This document shows, one piece after another, positions 1 through 12,356 of a DNA stretch of 64,000 nucleotides. Position 1 is the stretch's first letter. Every line of letters begins with the position of its first letter. The notes beneath the pieces are model-generated. The model made no database searches and was not told where the DNA came from. It saw only the letters and a program-made list of their open reading frames with translations. The position numbers and the translations under genes are program-made. Origin of the DNA: an uncultured Planctomycetaceae bacterium (GTDB taxonomy: Bacteria > Planctomycetota > Planctomycetia > Planctomycetales > Planctomycetaceae); assembly GCA_963813715.1 (NCBI GenBank), contig CAWFAK010000016.1:32001-96000 (forward strand), read 5' to 3'.

Positions 1-2
1 CG

Positions 3-2702
3 TTGGTCATCGCCGACGGCTTCGCCGACTTCACGCAGCCGCAGTACGAAATCCTCGAACATCTGGCCGGCTACGCGCAGCGTGTTGTGATCTCGCTGCC
101 GCTGGAGCAGCCTGTGCGGCGGCACGATCTATTCGCCAAGTCGAAGAAGGCCCTGGAAGAGATCCGTCGCCGCTGCACTGTCGAGTTGGTGGCGTGCGAC
201 CCAGTGCCCAGCGTAGCTGGCGAACCGGCAACCCCGACCTTTCGACACGTGGCGGATCATTTGTTCGACAATCCGCGGACGACGCCCCAACTGGCGGATG
301 CGACGGGGATCGAGATCATCGCGGCGGCCGGCCCGGCTGGCGAAGCGCGGGCCGTCGCAGAACGGGTCAAGCGGCTCTTGCTTGACGGCGTGCCGGCCGA
401 AGAGATCGTGATCGGCACTCGCTCGCTCGATGAAGAGGGGGCGGAGCTGGTTGCCACGCTCCAGGCGACGGGAATTCCGACCAGTTGCGACACGGCCACC
501 CACTTTTCGCAAACGGCGATCGGCCGGGCGCTCTTCGCCGTCCTGCAGACCGAGCTACAAGACTGGGCCTTTAACTCGCTCGCCTCGGTGCTGCGATCGA
601 ATTATATCCGGCCGCGCTGGCCGTCAGCCGGGGCCGTTGCCGTCGAAGCAACGATCCGCGCACTGCGGCGTTACCAGCTCGGCTCCGATCGCCAGCACAT
701 CTTGAATCGGCTGGCCCGGCTGGCCGAGCGACCGGACAGTGATGCCAAGAAGCGGAGTCGGCAGGAGGACGTCCGCACGGCCGCGGCCCTGTTGCAAGCC
801 TACTCCGAGGCGACCAAGCGGCTGCGATCGTCCAAAGATCTCCGCGGCTGGACCGAAAGCCTGCTGGGTCTGGCCAGCGAATTGGGGATTACACCGAGCC
901 GTCGACCCTCCGCGACGGAGGCACCCGGTGCAAAGCTCGACGAGCGCGATCGCCGCGTCTGGGACGCGCTCAGCGAGGTCTTGCACGAAGCCGCGCAGGT
1001 TCGCGAGCTGCTCGCCGATGTGCGTCCGCTGTCGCTGGCCGAATTCGCGCGGTTGGTACGCGATCTGTTCGAATCGCAGACGTTGGTTGACTCTGCGGGC
1101 GAGCGCGGCCGCGTCCGCGTGGTCGAGGTCGCGGACGTCCGCAATCTCGACGTGCCATATCTCTTCCTGATGGGACTGTCGGAAGCCAGCTTTCCCCGCG
1201 CACGGCGGGACGATTGCTTTTACAGTGCGGCCGAGCGTCGCGAGTTTCTGCGGAAGGATCGTTCGAGCCAGGAGCCTTCGACGCCGCAGCAGAACGAGAT
1301 GCTGCTCTTTTACTCGATCGTGACGCGGGCGCGGCACTGCCTCACGTTGAGCTATCCGAGCGTCAGCTCGTCGGGCCAGCCGCTCTTCCCCAGCCCGTAT
1401 GTGACGGCGATTCGCGATCTGTTTTACCGGCCCGCGATCCAACCGTCGCCCAAGATCGACCTCGATCCGGTCCCGACCCCCGAACGCGTGTTGTCGGCGG
1501 CCGACCTGCGGCTGGCGGCGACCGACGAACTGCACGCGGGACGGGCCGGCCTGCTCCGCGCCCTGGCCGAGTTGCCGGCCGGCGGCGCCGCCGCGCGGAG
1601 CATTCTGGCGGCGGCTGACATGAACGCCCAGCGATTCGAAGAGCATGGATTCACGCCGTTCGAGGGGGTGCTCCAAAACGAGTCGACGGTTGCGCAGCTC
1701 GGAAAAAAATATTCGACCGAATACCAATTCAGCGCGACACAGCTCGAGCGGTATGCCACCTGTCCGTTCCGCTTCCTGATGTCCGATGTGCTCGACCTCG
1801 AGCCGCACGACCCGGTCGAGCCGGAGATCGATCCGCGGAAGCGGGGCCTCGCGCTGCACCGCGTGCTGGCCAAGTTGCACGGTCCACTCGAGGGCGGGCG
1901 ACCATTGGCACCGACCGACAGCGCGTCACTCGCCGAAGCTCTGCGCGAGTTAGTCGCGGGAGAGTTCGCGGTCGGTGCCGAAATCCCGCCGTACGAACGG
2001 GCCCTACAAGCGGCCGAGCTGCAGTTTGCCGAGCGATTCGCCGAGCTCTATTCCCGCCAGTGCGAAGAGTATCAAACCTCGGTCGGCGAGGGCTGGGATG
2101 AGCCGCCCGCGCCGCGTTATATCGAATTGGCCTTCGGCAACGTCCCCGATGCTCCGGAGCAACCTGACGCAGCTAAGCCGCTTCCGTGCGTCACGTTTGG
2201 TTCCGGGCCGACCCCCGTCCGCGTTCGCGGCCGCGTGGACCGGATCGATGTGGGCCGTCGCGGTGGTCGAGATGCCTTTACGGTCATCGATTACAAAACC
2301 CGTTGGGCTCCAAGGTTTCAGTTCGCTGATATCGGGGTCGGTCGGGCTTTGCAGCTGGCAATTTATGCGTCGGCCGCGCGGCGGAGCGGACTGCTCGATC
2401 CGGATTCCTCCGTGTTCCAGATGGCCTATTGGGCCCTCACATTGACCGGCTGCGTCGTCGGTCTGAAGGGGCGGTCGCGGGCGCTCGAGATGCTCGATCC
2501 CGAACTGGTCGGCGAGATGGAACGCACGCTCGACGACGTGCTGCCCAAGATCGCCGAGCGCTTGCGGGCCGGCCAGTTCCCCGTCTTCAACTCGGATCAC
2601 GACTGCGGCAAATGGTGCCCCTACAGCATGGTTTGCCGCGTAGGCCAGGTGCGCAGCCTCCAACAGGAGCGACAAAAAGTTTGGGGGCTGTCGCCACGAT
2701 GA
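3..2702 (+). CDS. addB: AddB-like helicase/nuclease subunit (PD-(D/E)XK nuclease), 5' truncated by window edge
   Basis: Degenerate helicase motifs (DGFADFT, YSIVTRAR). C-terminal FSATQLERYATCPFRF...RGRVDRID...VIDYKT...LQLAIYA...CGKWCPYSMVC gives a RecB-type nuclease with 4 Cys. Stop overlaps the next ATG (ATGA). Confidence 0.8.
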   Translation: MVIADGFADFTQPQYEILEHLAGYAQRVVISLPLEQPVRRHDLFAKSKKALEEIRRRCTVELVACDPVPSVAGEPATPTFRHVADHLFDNPRTTPQLADATGIEIIAAAGPAGEARAVAERVKRLLLDGVPAEEIVIGTRSLDEEGAELVATLQATGIPTSCDTATHFSQTAIGRALFAVLQTELQDWAFNSLASVLRSNYIRPRWPSAGAVAVEATIRALRRYQLGSDRQHILNRLARLAERPDSDAKKRSRQEDVRTAAALLQAYSEATKRLRSSKDLRGWTESLLGLASELGITPSRRPSATEAPGAKLDERDRRVWDALSEVLHEAAQVRELLADVRPLSLAEFARLVRDLFESQTLVDSAGERGRVRVVEVADVRNLDVPYLFLMGLSEASFPRARRDDCFYSAAERREFLRKDRSSQEPSTPQQNEMLLFYSIVTRARHCLTLSYPSVSSSGQPLFPSPYVTAIRDLFYRPAIQPSPKIDLDPVPTPERVLSAADLRLAATDELHAGRAGLLRALAELPAGGAAARSILAAADMNAQRFEEHGFTPFEGVLQNESTVAQLGKKYSTEYQFSATQLERYATCPFRFLMSDVLDLEPHDPVEPEIDPRKRGLALHRVLAKLHGPLEGGRPLAPTDSASLAEALRELVAGEFAVGAEIPPYERALQAAELQFAERFAELYSRQCEEYQTSVGEGWDEPPAPRYIELAFGNVPDAPEQPDAAKPLPCVTFGSGPTPVRVRGRVDRIDVGRRGGRDAFTVIDYKTRWAPRFQFADIGVGRALQLAIYASAARRSGLLDPDSSVFQMAYWALTLTGCVVGLKGRSRALEMLDPELVGEMERTLDDVLPKIAERLRAGQFPVFNSDHDCGKWCPYSMVCRVGQVRSLQQERQKVWGLSPR

Positions 2703-5700
2703 GCGCTCGCCGCGGTGCCACCGGAAGCAAGCGAGGCGGCGCGGCCAAGTTCGGGCCGCACACCCGCTCGCTCTTCGTCGAAGAGCCCACTCTCGCCGGC
2801 AAAAGCGAGCTCACCGAAGAGCAACAGTCGGCGATCGGCAGCCGCGACGTTTCGATCGGCCTGTCGGCCGGGGCGGGCTGCGGCAAGACGCTGGTGCTCA
2901 CGCGGCGTTTTCTCACCTATCTCGATCCGTCGGAACACGGACACGCGAGCACGGCGCCCTTGGCCCGCGTGGTCGCCATCACGTTTACCGACCGGGCGGC
3001 CCGCGAGATGCGCGATCGCATCCGGGCCGAATGCGCTAAGCGGCTGCGAGAGGCGGGCAGCGAGGTGGAGGTTCTGCATTGGCTGGCCATCGTCCGCGGG
3101 CTCGATGCCGCGCGGATCAGCACGATTCACGCGTTCTGCTCGGGCTTGTTGCGGCGGCACGCGGTGACGGCCGGCATCGACCCGCAATTCCGCCCGCTGG
3201 AAATGGAAGTCGGCGAGGCGCTGTTGCGACAGAGCGTAGCCCGCACCGTGAAGCGGCTGCTCGAAGGCGATGACGAAAACTGCTTTCGGCTGCTGACGGA
3301 ATTTGGCTTGGAGCCGCTCCGTCGCGCGCTCCGTAAGTTGGTGGTCGCCCGGGCGCTCGTCGACGCGCGGCCCTTCGTCGATCGCACCGCGGACCAGTTC
3401 GCCGCCGGCTGGATGCACTATTTGCACAACGTCTTTCTGCCCCGCGCGGCCCACGACCTCGGGCAGTCGGACACGGTGTCGCACATTCTGCGACTGCTCA
3501 AAGACAACGTCCCGACCCACCGCACGATGCAGGAGCGGCGGCTCGCCCTTCTGGCCGGCTTGACCACTCTTCGCGACGCGCCCAACCCGACTCTCGCCGA
3601 AGTGGCCGAATTGCGCGAAGCCGCCAAAGTGCAGGGAGGTGGCGGCAAAAGCGCGTGGGACGACGAAGCGACCTACGAAGCCGTCCGCGACGCGCTGCAG
3701 CGGCTGCGGGACAAGATCGACGACCTCAAGGAATTCGTCGCTTTCGACCCGTGCGAGGTCGAGCAGGCCGCAGCGGCGTCGGCCGCCCTCGTCGGCGTGG
3801 TCGAGGCGGCGGCCACCGACTTTTCCGCCGCCAAGGCTGAGGCGGGCGTGCTCGACTTCGACGACCTGCTGGTGAAGACTCGCGACCTCTTGCGAAACTC
3901 GCCCGACGTGCGGGCCGACGCATCGGCTTCAATCGACGCGCTCCTGGTCGACGAATTTCAGGACACCGACGGCATTCAGGCCGAGATCGTCGAGTTGTTG
4001 GCTGGCGACGGCCTGGCGACGGGCAAGCTGTTCGTGGTCGGCGACAAAAAGCAGTCGATCTACCGGTTCCGCGGAGCCGACCCCGCCGTCTTCGACGCCC
4101 GCCGCAATGATCTGCCCACGGAGGGGCGGCTGTCGCTCACGCACAACTTTCGCAGCCAGCCGGAAATCATCAACTTCGTCAATTCGGTCTTCGCGCCGGC
4201 GATGCCGGACTACGAGGCGCTCGTGCCGCACCGGGCGCAGCTCTCGCCGCGGCCGGCCGTCGAGTTTCTGTTCGCTTTTCCCGGCTCCGGACGAAACGGA
4301 CGAGGGAGACGCAGACTCGCTCGAGGCGGATCGCCGACGCGAGGCCGAGTGGATCGCGCGGCGGATTCTGGCGTTGCTCTCCGATCCGACGCCTCGCATT
4401 CCCGAGCGCGATCCCGACACACAGCTCGAGCGGTTGCGACGCGTGAACGCGGGAGACATCGCCGTGCTGTTCCGCGCGATGAGCGACGCGGCGATTTATG
4501 AAGACGTCTTTCGCCGGCGGGGCGTCGACTATTATCTTGTTGGCGGACGGGCCTTCTTCGCTCAGCAGGAAGTTTATGACGTCGTCAACTTGTGCACGTT
4601 TCTCAATGATCCGGCCGATGCCATCGCGCTCGTCGGCGTGCTCCGCTCGCCCTTTTTCAGCTTGAGCGACGACACGATCGTGGCGATGACCCGCGTCGGC
4701 GACGTACCGCTGCGCAAGGCGCTCCGCCAGCCGCCGCCCGCCGGAATTCCCGAGCCGCAGTGCGAGCAGCTCCGCCTGGCCGCGCGGGTGATCGACGAGC
4801 TGCTGGAGCAGAAGGACCGCATCCCGCTCGCCGAGCTGCTCGAGCGGGCGTTGGAGCGGACGGCCTACGATGCGTCGCTCTTGTGCGAGTTCCTCGGTCG
4901 GCGGAAGGTCGCCAACCTCCGCAAGCTGGTCGACATGGCCCACCAGTTCGACCGCTCGGGCATCGGCACGCTGGCCGATTTCACTCGGCGAATTCAGGAT
5001 TCGGTCACGGAACAGTCGATCGAGGATCTGGCCGCGACCCATCCCGAGTCGAGCGATGTCGTACGGTTGATGACCATTCACCAGGCCAAGGGACTCGAAT
5101 TCCCGGTCGTCATCCTGGCCGACATGGAGCGGAAAAACCGCGGGTCGTTTTTCGACGCCGTTTATCATCGCGCGTTCGGGCCGATAATGGTGCCGCCGAA
5201 ATTCGGGTCCGAAGAGCCGCACCACCCGGCGATCGAAATGCACCGCTATGTCGAAGACCGCGAGGACGACGAGGAGTCGTTGCGGATCCTGTACGTCGCG
5301 CTCACCCGGGCGGCCGACCATCTGATTCTTTCAGCCGGCCTGCCCGCCGATCCGGCCCTCGACACGGAGCGCGGCGTTCGCTCGCAATGGCTGCGGCTCG
5401 TGGCCGAGCGGTACGACCTGGGGACCGGCCTCCCCAAGGGCGATCCTTATTTCGCATCGCTCACGCGGGAGAAGCCTGGACCGAAAGCGAAGAAGGGCGC
5501 GGCGGAAACTGCCGCTGAGCGGCCGAAGATTCCCGACATCTGCGTGCACCGCAAGTGCCCGGAGTTGACCGTCGTACCGCGGCCTGACGGCAAATCGGCC
5601 CGGCTCGGCCAATGGCGAGAACTGGCGGAGACGGCCGACACGGCTCCGCTCCCGCCGCTTTTGGGCCCGGTCGTCGCGCGGCAGGTGGGCCCGCTTTCGC

Positions 5701-6464
5701 TCAGCGTTTCGCGGATCGAAGACGTCGATGCGCGCTCGCGGGACGAGAAACCGCCGCGGCGGAAGAAACGCGCCGCCGCCAAGACTCCCGATGAAGTCGC
5801 GGAACCGTTCGGCGAGGCAGCCACGCTGATCGGTTCGCTCGTGCACCGCGTGATCGAGCGATTGCCGCACGGCGCAGCCATGGATGCGGAAACCATCGCG
5901 AATGGCGTGCAGACTGTGCTCAAAGGACAGTCGTCGCGCGATCTGGAGTCGTGCGATGCCGCCGTGCTGGTCCGCCGCGTGCAGGCACTGGTCGAAAGCC
6001 CGTTGTGGGACGAAATGCGGTCCGCTCCCCGCTGTTTTCGCGAGATCGAGTTTCTCCTGGGCTGGCCAATCGGCGCGGCGCCGGCGGAACGCACGGCCGT
6101 CATTTCCGGCACGCTCGATTGTCTGCTGCAGACGCCCGACGGCCACTGGAAGATTCTCGACTACAAGACGGGCCGCCTGCCCGATAACGATCCGGCCGCG
6201 CTCCGCGACCATTTCGCCATCCAGTTGGTGTTGTATGCCGAAGCGGTGCGGGCGATGGTGGGTCGCCTTCCCGAGACGATCGAAATCGTCGCGCTGCACG
6301 ACAAACTCGGCCGCTTCCCGCTGGTGCTCTGGGACGAGTTTCGCAGCCTGGTTCACGCCCGGATCGACGCGGCCATTCGCCGGCTGGCCGCCAATCCGGA
6401 TCTCGGGTCGGACGCGGAATCGCCCTTAACGCTCGGGTCGACGGCTGCCGCAAGTCCCGAGTGA
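2699..6464 (+). CDS. addA: AddA-like UvrD helicase/nuclease; one frameshift near 4285
   Basis: Walker A AGAGCGKT, AITFTDRAAREMRDRI, LVDEFQDT, VGDKKQSIYRFRGA and NFRS in one frame. MTIHQAKGLEFPVV, LYVALTRA and ILDYKTG...QLVLYA follow in the next frame. Confidence 0.88.
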
Positions 6465-6632
6465 CGCGTTTCTTTGACGTACGCGGCAGGACCGCGACGC
6501 CGCGCCTGCCCGGTCGGGCAGCCGCTCAAGAGGCGTTTCTCTCCACAGGCGACCCGCGGTGCAGCCGATCTCTTGCGATAGCGAGACTTCGCGCGCTCGC
6601 TTTCTCCGGCAACGGGGCCACAACCGCTCTCC

Positions 6633-9600
6633 ATGTCGACCGAACCGATCCAATCCGAAAACGCCGCTGACTCCCCGCAGCCCGCGGCCGAAGCGCCGGG
6701 TGCTGCCGCGGTGACTGCGGAAGCTTCGGACGCCGCCGCGACCGCGACCACAGACTCCGCGCCGCCATCGCCCTCTGCGCCGACGACAAGCTCGGCAGAT
6801 TCGACGTCGGCCTTGCCGCCGCTGCCGCCACGCATCGATGGCGGCGAAGATTTGGACAGCGTGCTGGGCGAAGTCAGCCGGATGTTCGGCACGGCGGACG
6901 GCCACGCCGCGCCGCTCGCGTCCCTCGCCGAAGACACGATCAACGATCACCTCGACACCCTGACCAACGTTCCGGCCGCCCAATCGCCGGAGCGCCCGCG
7001 TCCGCGGCAGGAACCGCCAATGGAGTCGGCGGCCGACCTGTTCCGCTCCCCGCCGCCGATCGAAGAAACACCGGTCCCCGCCCCGCCGTTGGCCACCGCC
7101 GATTCTGAACCTCCGCCGGCGGAGACGACGAACACAGCGACGGCGCCGGCAGAACCGCCCGCACCGTTGCTCGCGGACCCGTCGGCCACCGCTCCGGGTG
7201 GCCACGTTCGCGAGGTTGGTGCTCATCACTCCGCGTCCGATACGCCGGCCGAGAACGCCGCCGCCGAGTCAGAGGGCCAGTCAAATTCGGTCGTGTCTCC
7301 GGAGGTCGCGCCGACTCCAGCGGCCGCGGATGAAGCTGTGACGGGCGATCAGGTTCCCATCGAGTCGCTCGCGAGCGGCGCGCCGCTCATCGATCCGCTT
7401 GCTGCTCAAGCCGCGTTGAGCGAGCCGACTGGCGGCGAGGCACCGCCGACCGATTCCGCCACCGGGAGTGCTGAGCCCCCATCGACAGGGGCTGCAGCAG
7501 ACGCCCCCCCGGCCGCAACTGCTGCGGAAGCGAGACCATCGCACCTCGCACGCATTACGCACGTGGCTCAGGCAACGGTGGGCGGGCTAGGGGGAACGGC
7601 CGCACGTCTGCCGAAGCGGGCACGAGTGGCGGCCGCCGTCGTTGCCGCACTCATCCTCGGGTGGATCTGCGGATCTAGGCTCTCGCGAGCTCCGGCAGCC
7701 AACACCGTTGAAACGGTCGCCAATGCGAACACCGAAAGCTCGAACGCCGAAGTCGAAGCGAGCAAAGTCAAAATCACCGCGCTCGAGGAGGAGTTGGAAA
7801 AATCGAAGCACGACCGCGAACTCGCTCAGCACGAGCGCGATCAGGCGCGCGAACGGCTGGAAAAATCGGCTGTCGTGTTGCGCACGCAGCAACAGACCGA
7901 TGCCACCCAGCGCGCCCGCGACGCGGCCGCTCGTCAGAAGGCCGTCGACGAATTCCGGCAGGCCGAGGAGCGGCTCCAGTTGATGGAACTGCGAGCGTAC
8001 GACGCCCAGCTGGCCCGCGTTCGCGATTGCTGGCAGCGCAGCCCCGGTCAAGCCGCCGCGCTGCTCGAGGACGCTGAAGGTTGTTTGCCCAAACTCCATG
8101 ACTTTGTCTGGGGCTACTTTTACGGCCGCGCGAAAAACGATCGCGCAACTTGCGCACGACGGCTCCGACCAACGCGGTGGCCTGGTCTCCTGACGGGACG
8201 CTCGTCGCTAGCGCTGGCCAGGACGGTTTGATCGCGCTCCGCGATGCGGCCAGCGGCAAGCAACTGGCGTCGCTCGCGGCCCACGCGGGAGGTGTGGCTG
8301 CCGTGGCCTTCTCGCAGCGCGGCGATCGGCTGGCCTCTGCGGGAGCCGACTCGACGGTCAAACTTTGGGACGTGCCGGGAAGGAGGCTGGAGGCGACGTT
8401 CTTCGGCCATCTGGGCAAGGTGCTTTCGGTGGCGATTGCTCCCGACGCGTCGGCCCTGGTTTCCGGGGGCGACGACGGAACGGTGAAGTTCTGGGACGTC
8501 GCGTCACGTCGCGCGGTGGCCACTCGCTGGGGCCATCCGCGGAATCACGAGCCGGACGACGCCGTCGATCCGACGCGTTTCGTCCGCGCCGTCGCATTCT
8601 CACCCGATGGCCGTCTGGTCGCCTCGGGCGGTTACCAGGTCGTGCGGATTTGGGATGCCGAGGCGAACGAGAAGACAACGCTCGCGGTTTCCGACGGCGG
8701 CGTGAGTGCCCTCGCCTTTTCGCCCGATTCGACGACGCTGGCCATCGGCAGCGAAGGCTCGATTTCACTCCGCGACGTCGATTCGCTGCTCGTGCGCACC
8801 GGGCCGCGAACGGTCAACGCGCCGGTGACCGCGTTGGCTTTCTCGAGCGATGGGGCGTGGTTGGCGGCTACGACCGGCGAACAGGGCTTCCTCTTCAATC
8901 GCGTCGTCCGCGACCCGGCGATCGACGCGAAAAAGTCCCGACCGCACGCACGGGTCGAGCCGGCCGGTTACGACCTGGCCAATCCGCGGCGATTGTCAGG
9001 GCATGACGGGCTCGTCAGCGGGATTGGCTTTTCGCCGAGCGGTGACCTGACTGCCACCAGCGGATCCGACGGCACGATGCGATTGTGGGAGACCCGCGGC
9101 GGCATCGTCGATAAAACTCAGCCCGACGCTCGTCGTGCGGGAGATTCCCCGCTCGGCCGCGCTGGCGTACTCGCCCGACTCGCGCTGCCTGGCCGTCGGC
9201 ACGGCCGATTCGATCCGACTGTGGGACGCGCGGGTCGGCGTCGAAATGGCGCGCCTCGCGAATCGCTCGGGCGACGTCAGCCGCCTCGCCTTCTCACCGG
9301 ACGGGGCGCATCTGGCCTCCGCCAGTCGCGATTGGCCGATCCTCGTCTGGACGCTCGCCGGACAGCGAGTCGAGCTGGCCCTCAACGGCCACACGGCGGG
9401 CGTCAATTCGCTCGCTTATTCCACCGACGGCAAAACGCTGATCTCGGGTTCCGACGATTCGACCGTGCGGCTCTGGGATGCGGCGAACGGCCAGGCGATC
9501 GCCCGCGCTCACCGGCCACACGGGCCCCGTGCTCAGTGCCGCGCTGTCGCCGGATGGCAAATTCGCGGCGTCGGGCGGAACCGATCGAGCGATTCGCTTA

Positions 9601-10119
9601 TGGAACGTCGAACGCAAGCAAACCGCGGCCACGTTGACGGGTCACGGCCGCCCGGTCGTCGCGCTCGCCTTCTCTCCGGACGGCCGCTTCCTCGTCTCGG
9701 CGGAAGGACGCTCCGGGGTTCCGAGTGACAGTGCGAATCGTCCGGCTCAACGCCCATTACGCTTGTGGCGGATACCGCAGGGAGCCGAGCAGCTGGCTTT
9801 CGGACCGGCGGGAGCTGAGATCAGCGACGTGGCCTTCTCGCCCGACTCGAAGACATTGGCCGCGTCGGGGCCGCAGGGAGTCACCCTGTGGGATCCTCGC
9901 ACTGGCGAGATCCGCGAGTCGCTCCGTCCGGTCTCATCCGGTACGGCCGCCGCGAACCGTTCGAGCTGGCCGATCGCTTTCGCGCCCGACGGCCAGTCGC
10001 TGGCGGCCGGCGGCGACGCGGCGCTGAGTATCTGGAGCGCCGCGCCGTTCGGCGCTGCACTCTCGGCCCTGCCGAGCGGCGAGGGACCAAAGCCGGGCGC
10101 CGTTCCGTCGCTTCGTTGA
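6633..10119 (+). CDS. Large WD40-repeat protein with Pro/Ala-rich N-terminus, one TM helix and coiled coil; frameshifts near 8150, 9130, 9505
   Basis: Repeated GH...AVAFSPDG...ASxGxDxTVxLWD units continue across ORFs 8150, 9135 and 9478. TM segment VAAAVVAALILGWICG in ORF 6633. Confidence 0.8.
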
Positions 10120-10234
10120 GATCTTCTTGAGGCGCGGTCTTCTTGGGTGCCCTGGTCCGCGCCGCGCTGATGGCTCGCGGGGAGCGTCGTGCGTGTGGAA
10201 TAATGGCGGCGTCCCCGTTTCTTTGGAGCCGCCC

Positions 10235-12356
10235 ATGCCTCCCCGTTCGTTTCGGCCTTTGTTCTGCACTGCTCTCGGCGTCGCGCTCTGCGTCGTCGCT
10301 TTCGCTGCGATCACCGGTTCTGCCGCGTTGGCCCAACCGGGCGAGGGAACGGGTGAAAAGCGGCCCCGCGTGCGGCCTCTGCATGCATGGGACGATCTGC
10401 CCGACTGGATCACCTCGCTGGCATTTCTGAAGGACAATCAGCACTTCGTCGCTGGCACCTACGAGCAATTGCTCTTGTTCGACGCCCGCAAGGAGGCGGC
10501 TCCCAAGTCGGAGCCGTTGACGCCCGGCTACGTGAAGGCCCTGGCACTCTCGCCCGACGGTAAGACGCTTGGCCTGCGGTCATTACCAGACCGTCAGCTT
10601 GCTCGACGCGGCGACGCTGGCCGTCAAACGCACTCTCGGCGATCACGCGGGCTACGTGACCGGACTCGCGTTTTCGCCGGACGGTCGGCAGCTGGCGACG
10701 GCGGAGGAGGCGGGCCAGAACGAATCGGCCCGCGTGTTCGACGTTGCCACCGGCAAAGTCGTGCACGTGCTCACCGGTCACACGTTCGCCGTGCGGGCCA
10801 TCGCCTTTTCGGCCGACGGCAAACGGATTGCCACGGCGGCCGGCGACGAAGAACGCATCACCCAGCCCGGCGAAGTCAAAGTCTGGAACTCGGCCGACGG
10901 CAAGCTGATTTATTCGTTCTCCAATCCGAAGCGGGCGGCTACCGGCGTCGCCTTTTCGCCTGACGGAAAATTTCTCGCATCGACGGGCTTCGACGAGCGG
11001 GTGATCCTCTACGACCTGGACAAAGGGAAGGCCGTCTCTTTCTTTGCCGGGCACAGCCGCCCGACCAATGCGGTGCTCTTCGCTCGCGGCGGCGCGGTCG
11101 TCATCAGCGCCTCCGGGGGCCGTGCGAAAGGGAACAACGAGGTCAAAATCTGGGAGCGGGACTCGGGCACAGAGCTGACGGTGATGGGCGTCCACGCCGC
11201 TCGCGTCGACGCCATCGCCCTGTCCGCCGACCAGTCGCTGCTCGCCACGGGCGCCTACGACAAACGCGTCACCGTGTGGGACGTGAAGGACCTGCTTAAG
11301 AAAGAGGCGGCGCCCCCCAGAACAACTGCATCGAATGACGCCAAGCCGGCGGGGCCTGCACCGGCGGTGCACAAAACGCCCACCACGGCGTCCGTCAAAA
11401 AGGAGGGGCAAAAAGGCCCAGTCCGCGTGGGGATCATCGGGCTCGACACGTCGCACTGTGCCGCCTTCACGCAGGTGTTGAATGACCTCAACGCCAAGCC
11501 CGACGTCGCCGGCTTTCGCGTGGTGGCCGCGTACCCGCGGGGAAGCGCCGACATCGCGTCGAGCACCGAACGAATTCCCGAATACACGAAGGACTTTCGC
11601 AAGCGCGGCGTGGAGATCGTCGATTCGATCTCGGCCCTGCTCCCCAAAGTTGACGTCGTATTGTTGGAGACCAACGACGGACGTCCGCACTTGGAGCAGG
11701 CGCTGGCTGTAATCAAGGCGGGCAAGCCCCTGTTTATCGACAAGCCGATTGCCGCTTCGCTCGCCGACGCCATCGCCATTTTCGAGTTGGCGCGGCGGTA
11801 TCACGTGCCGGTCTTTTCCAGCTCGTCGCTGCGGTTCGGCAAAGCGACGCTCGAGGCCCGTAACGGCAAGATCGGCACGGTGCAAACCTGCGAAACGACG
11901 AGCCCCTGCCACCTCGAGAAGACGCATCCGGATCTGTTCTGGTATGGCATTCACGGCGTCGAATCGCTCTTCACCGTGATGGGCACCGGCTGCAAGAGCG
12001 TCCGCCGCACCGTGAGCACGCCGACGGAGGACGTCGTCGTCGGCCAGTGGGAGGGCGGCCGCGTCGGCACGTTTCGCGGCACTCGAGGAAAAGGTGGTTA
12101 CGGCGGCACGGCGACGGGGACCAAGGGAACCATGGCCGTCGGTTCGTACGACGGCTATCGGCCGCTGCTCGTGGCGATCGTGCACTTCTTCTACACGGGC
12201 ATCGCACCGGTCAAGGAAGAGGAAACGCTCGAGATCTACGCCTTCATGGAGGCGGCCGACGAAAGCAAACGCCAGCATGGCGCGGACGTGACGCTGGCCA
12301 GCGTGATGACAAAGGCCCGCGCCGACGCGGAAAAACGCTTGCGACAACTGCCATGA
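10235..12356 (+). CDS. Secreted WD40-repeat / Gfo-Idh-MocA oxidoreductase fusion; frameshift near 10575
   Basis: Signal peptide ending AALAQ, WD40 repeats, a P/A/K linker, then VRVGIIGLDTSH...LFIDKPIA...LFWYGIHGVE. Confidence 0.78.

Noticed and set aside
10410..12347. Long antisense ORFs (also 28989-30716, 39317-41023, 47753-49459)
   Set aside because: These are shadow ORFs of real genes in GC-rich DNA with no recognisable motifs.
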